Assembly: GCA_965198225.1 (NCBI GenBank) | Contig: CBDAOY010000006.1 | Coordinates: 320,001-384,000, forward strand | Direction: 5' to 3' | Source of the DNA: Terriglobia bacterium | GTDB taxonomy: Bacteria > Acidobacteriota > Terriglobia > 20CM-2-55-15 | Length of the DNA: 64,000 nucleotides | In this document: positions 60,850-64,000 of the stretch, piece by piece | How positions within the stretch are numbered: the first letter of the stretch is position 1 | Layout: each line of letters begins with the position of its first letter | Notes under the pieces: model-generated | What the model saw: only the letters and a program-made list of their open reading frames with translations | Databases searched by the model: none | What the model was told of the DNA's origin: nothing | Made by a program: the position numbers and the translations under genes

Positions 60850-60861
60850 CGTGGTTAGTAG

Positions 60862-62739
60862 TCAGTGGTCACTTTCCTGCAAGAGCCAGAAATGTGCCAG
60901 GTAGCTGAAAACCGTGAACGCGAGTTGTTCACCGTCCGGAGAATATGCAGGCTGCGTCTTGTCGGAGGGATCGAACGTCAGCTGTACGGCCGGACCGCCC
61001 GACATCGGGGCACGGAAAATCTGGAAATATCCGTCGGGCGCCGGAGCGATGTAGGCTGCCCACTGGAAGTCGGGAGAGACACTCATTCCCGAGAAAATCT
61101 GATCGCTCTCGAATGTGTGAACCCGTTCCGGCGTTCCACCCTGCCGCGAAACGACGTAAATCCCCTGCTCGACGCCACCGTCGTAGCCCTCGAACACGAG
61201 CCGCTCACTGTCGGGCGCCCATTCCGCCTGGAACGGCTCTCCGTCATAGGTTCCGAGATCGAGCTGTCTCGGCCGGCCGGTGACCTGTCCCGACTCCTGA
61301 TCGATGCCGACAACGAAAAGGACGCCGCGCCATCCGCTTCCCTCGGGCACCATGCTCGGATATACGATCCAACGCCCGTCCGGAGACCACCGGGGCCAGC
61401 CGGTTTCATAACCATCGAACGAGAGTTGCCGGGCCGGCGAGGAACCGTCGGCGGGTTGCAGCCAGACGTCGTCGGATCCATCGGCGTGAGTATGGAAAAC
61501 GATCCACTTGCCATTCGGGGACCAGTGCATGCCCTGGTCTTCGGAATACGATGATCGCACCACGGTGCCGGGGACATCGGCCGCACCCTCGCCGAGCCGG
61601 ACGAAACCGATGTTCTGGGCGATGTCGGGATAGTTGATGTCGTCGATCGCGCGTCTCCATGTGCCGTAGGTAAACGCGATGCTCCGGCTGTCCCAGTCCC
61701 AGGAAGGTGTTTCGGACTGGAAGGTCGTGACGGCACTCGTGGCACCACCGCCCGCCGGCGACACGGCGATGAACACACGATAGTCCTGGGTCTTGAACAG
61801 CACGCTGCCATCGGCCCCGACGGTTGCACCGTAAGTGTCCCGGTCGAAGTGGGTGAGCTGCTCTGCCCGGCCCGTTCCCAGATCCCGGGCCCAAAGGTCG
61901 AGGGTACCCTCCTCATTCGGCGATCCGTAGTAGAGGCTTCGACCGTCGGTCGAGTAGGCGAGGGGTCCATACGCTTCGGGGGCTTCAGCGACATGTTCGC
62001 CCCCGGAACAGGACGGATCGATGAGCTGGACGTCACCGGCTCTCGAAAGACAGTCGAAACCCGAAGAATCCGGTCGCCACGCCGGAAAAGTCAGCCGTTT
62101 GTCGGAAAGCCGGATCCTGGCGGAACCTCCGTCTGCGTCGAAGATCCACACCATGGAACCCGCCTGTCCGGGTGCGAGGCCGACAAAGGTCTTTCCGTCG
62201 GGCGCCCACGCCAACTGGGTCAGTTCCCCGTCGGCGATCGTCGTCGGAGGGGCGCCATCGATCCCCGAGTCGAGGGTCCCTTCCAGTTGCGGCTGCTCCC
62301 ACAATGGCCGTCGGCCTCCGTCCTCGATGTCGTAGAGGAACCATCTGGCGGTTCCGCGATCGGGGGGGACTTCTCGTGCCGCAAACGTCCGACTGTCCGG
62401 AAGCCACGAGATATGGCTGACGTTGTTCCCCCCGGAACCGAGGTCGCGGACCGCGCCGCCTGCGACACGCTGAAATCTGAGTCGGGTCCCCGTGGTGTAT
62501 GCGAGCCAGACACCGTCGGGAGACATGAAGCCGAGCGGATCCCGGTAACCGACGGGACCGCGTTGACGGACGGTGGTGACGAACTGGAGGCGAGCCTGAT
62601 TGTCCTGGAGCGAACCGGCCGGCTCAGGACTGCAGGCTCCTGAGAAGAGCAGAGAGAGCGCCAGAAGCCCATGGTGGAACAGTACCGAGGGTCGCTGTTG
62701 TCTCGGGTCAACCACTGGCGATGAAGAGTCCCAGGCCAT
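60862..62739 (-). CDS. TolB-like PD40 beta-propeller protein
   Basis: Repeated WSPDG/WAPD/YSPDG motifs; lipobox-like SGAC; start uncertain. Confidence 0.85.
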   Translation of the reverse strand: MAWDSSSPVVDPRQQRPSVLFHHGLLALSLLFSGACSPEPAGSLQDNQARLQFVTTVRQRGPVGYRDPLGFMSPDGVWLAYTTGTRLRFQRVAGGAVRDLGSGGNNVSHISWLPDSRTFAAREVPPDRGTARWFLYDIEDGGRRPLWEQPQLEGTLDSGIDGAPPTTIADGELTQLAWAPDGKTFVGLAPGQAGSMVWIFDADGGSARIRLSDKRLTFPAWRPDSSGFDCLSRAGDVQLIDPSCSGGEHVAEAPEAYGPLAYSTDGRSLYYGSPNEEGTLDLWARDLGTGRAEQLTHFDRDTYGATVGADGSVLFKTQDYRVFIAVSPAGGGATSAVTTFQSETPSWDWDSRSIAFTYGTWRRAIDDINYPDIAQNIGFVRLGEGAADVPGTVVRSSYSEDQGMHWSPNGKWIVFHTHADGSDDVWLQPADGSSPARQLSFDGYETGWPRWSPDGRWIVYPSMVPEGSGWRGVLFVVGIDQESGQVTGRPRQLDLGTYDGEPFQAEWAPDSERLVFEGYDGGVEQGIYVVSRQGGTPERVHTFESDQIFSGMSVSPDFQWAAYIAPAPDGYFQIFRAPMSGGPAVQLTFDPSDKTQPAYSPDGEQLAFTVFSYLAHFWLLQESDH

Positions 62740-63574
62740 GGATAACGGAGAAGACCACCGCCAGGAAGGTCAGGCCCAGGCAGGCGATGGCCCCGAACAG
62801 GTGGTCTCCCCGCTCGGGCTTCAAAGGATCCAACCACATCGAAGAAGCATACCCGCCCACGAATCCGCCCAGGTGGGCCCAGTTGTCCACACCCTGCATG
62901 ACGAACCCAAAGATGAACAGGAAGATCGCATACATTCTCGCCTGCTGTCCGACCATGCTGCTGCCTCCGCGCCGGCTGTAGTAGATCAACGCGCCGAGAA
63001 GTCCGAATATCGACGCCGAAGCACCGATCGTCCATCCCGCTCCACTGAAGAACCCGGGCAGGAACCGACCAGCCATGGTACTGGCAAAGAACCCGACGAC
63101 ACCCGAAACGGTATAAATGATGATCATGCGGCTGAGACCGTAGAACTCGATGACAGCCGGGCCGATCTGACGGACCCACATCATGTTGAAGAAGATGTGC
63201 AGGAGGCCGCCGTGAAGCCACGACGCGCTCAAAAACGTCCACCATCGACCGAGCTCAAAAACCGGGGTGGCCCCGCTGGCGCCGAACAGGAACAGACCTC
63301 GGATGCTCGGAGACAGGAAACCCAGCATACCGCCCATCTGGATACCGCCCGGGTCGACAACGAGAGATGCGATGAAAAGGATCGAGCAGGACACCAGGAC
63401 GAATTGGGGAAAGGTTTCGGCGAGGTCGCCGCGTCCGAGCCGCGCAAGGACGGGCGCAAACCCCCACAAGCCGGGGTTCCGTCGCCCGCAGTTGAGACAC
63501 TCGTCATCGTTGACGCCGACCAGCAAACCGCAGGACGGGCATACGACCGAGCCTTCTGTCTTACGTCCGAGCAT
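62708..63574 (-). CDS. Rhomboid intramembrane serine protease with N-terminal Zn-ribbon
   Basis: CPSCG..CLNCG, HGGLLHIFFNM, GAS, AHLGG. Confidence 0.92.
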   Translation of the reverse strand: MLGRKTEGSVVCPSCGLLVGVNDDECLNCGRRNPGLWGFAPVLARLGRGDLAETFPQFVLVSCSILFIASLVVDPGGIQMGGMLGFLSPSIRGLFLFGASGATPVFELGRWWTFLSASWLHGGLLHIFFNMMWVRQIGPAVIEFYGLSRMIIIYTVSGVVGFFASTMAGRFLPGFFSGAGWTIGASASIFGLLGALIYYSRRGGSSMVGQQARMYAIFLFIFGFVMQGVDNWAHLGGFVGGYASSMWLDPLKPERGDHLFGAIACLGLTFLAVVFSVIHGLGLFIASG

Positions 63575-63753
63575 CTGCTGTCGAGTATACCGGAATCCAG
63601 TGTGGTGCCGAGCTATGCGTCGGGTCCCGCAAGCCGGGCGGTCGCGAGTGATTCGTCGAGGGTATTAAAACGGAGGCGCGGAGACACGGAGGCTGAACAG
63701 GATCTCGGTGCCTCTGTGCCTCCGTGGTTACTTTTTTCCTACGTTACAGGCCA

Positions 63754-64000
63754 CTACACGCGCTCGAATATCTCCGGTTCGAACTCCTGGAGGAACGTCT
63801 CGTGTAGCCGGCGCAGGACCGTGTCGGCCTGACTCTCTTCGACGACGAAGCTCAGGTTGATGTTGGACGCACCCTGAGAAATCATCCGGATGTTGATGTC
63901 GTTGAGGCAGCCAAACGCCCGCGCCGCGATGCCTGGCGTATTCCTCAGGTTCGTCCCCACCATACACACCAGAGCCATGGCTCGCTCGGCCCGAACATCG
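63754..64000 (-). CDS. lysC: Aspartate kinase C-terminal ACT domain (partial)
   Basis: ALVCMVG..TPGIAARAF..INIRMISQGASNINLSFVV..LHETF. Confidence 0.88.
   Translation of the reverse strand, partial: DVRAERAMALVCMVGTNLRNTPGIAARAFGCLNDINIRMISQGASNINLSFVVEESQADTVLRRLHETFLQEFEPEIFERV

Noticed and set aside
55365-63730. Short 7-9 bp periodic tracts at ~55367, ~56843-56925 and ~63670-63728
   Set aside because: Common degenerate intergenic repeats with no organisation suggesting a system

Overview
A GC-rich bacterial window with Acidobacteriota-like gene content (Ser/Thr kinase remnants, secreted hydrolases); the taxonomy is an inference. 1-21.9 kb is an accessory, decaying region: aminotransferase, GGT, an LCIB/theta-carbonic-anhydrase-like protein, serine hydrolase, amidohydrolase, purple acid phosphatase, TraB, an S1 paralog, a PQQ dehydrogenase and many gene fragments. 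22.0-28.8 kb is a three-layer nested mobile element: an integrase plus IS91-type transposase element whose leader holds a group II intron, which itself holds a second group II intron; both RTs have WADD. 29-42.3 kb is a glycan-modification island with GT2s, a Maf-like protein, methyltransferases, a deacetylase-like protein and a Cys-His-Asp transglutaminase-like domain that is free in one copy and fused to a GT2 in the other. Both GT2 copies have a conserved sigma54/IHF/UAS-like promoter. 42.5-64 kb is mostly housekeeping: clpS, a Yej-like ABC transporter, an A1-type cytochrome c oxidase, ArsR-SRPBCC, VOC, DUF1989, a PD40 protein, rhomboid and lysC. A family of ~270-bp MITE-like elements carries one covarying hairpin core inside three unrelated TIR types and often sits on TAG stop codons. 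No rRNA, tRNA or CRISPR array was seen.
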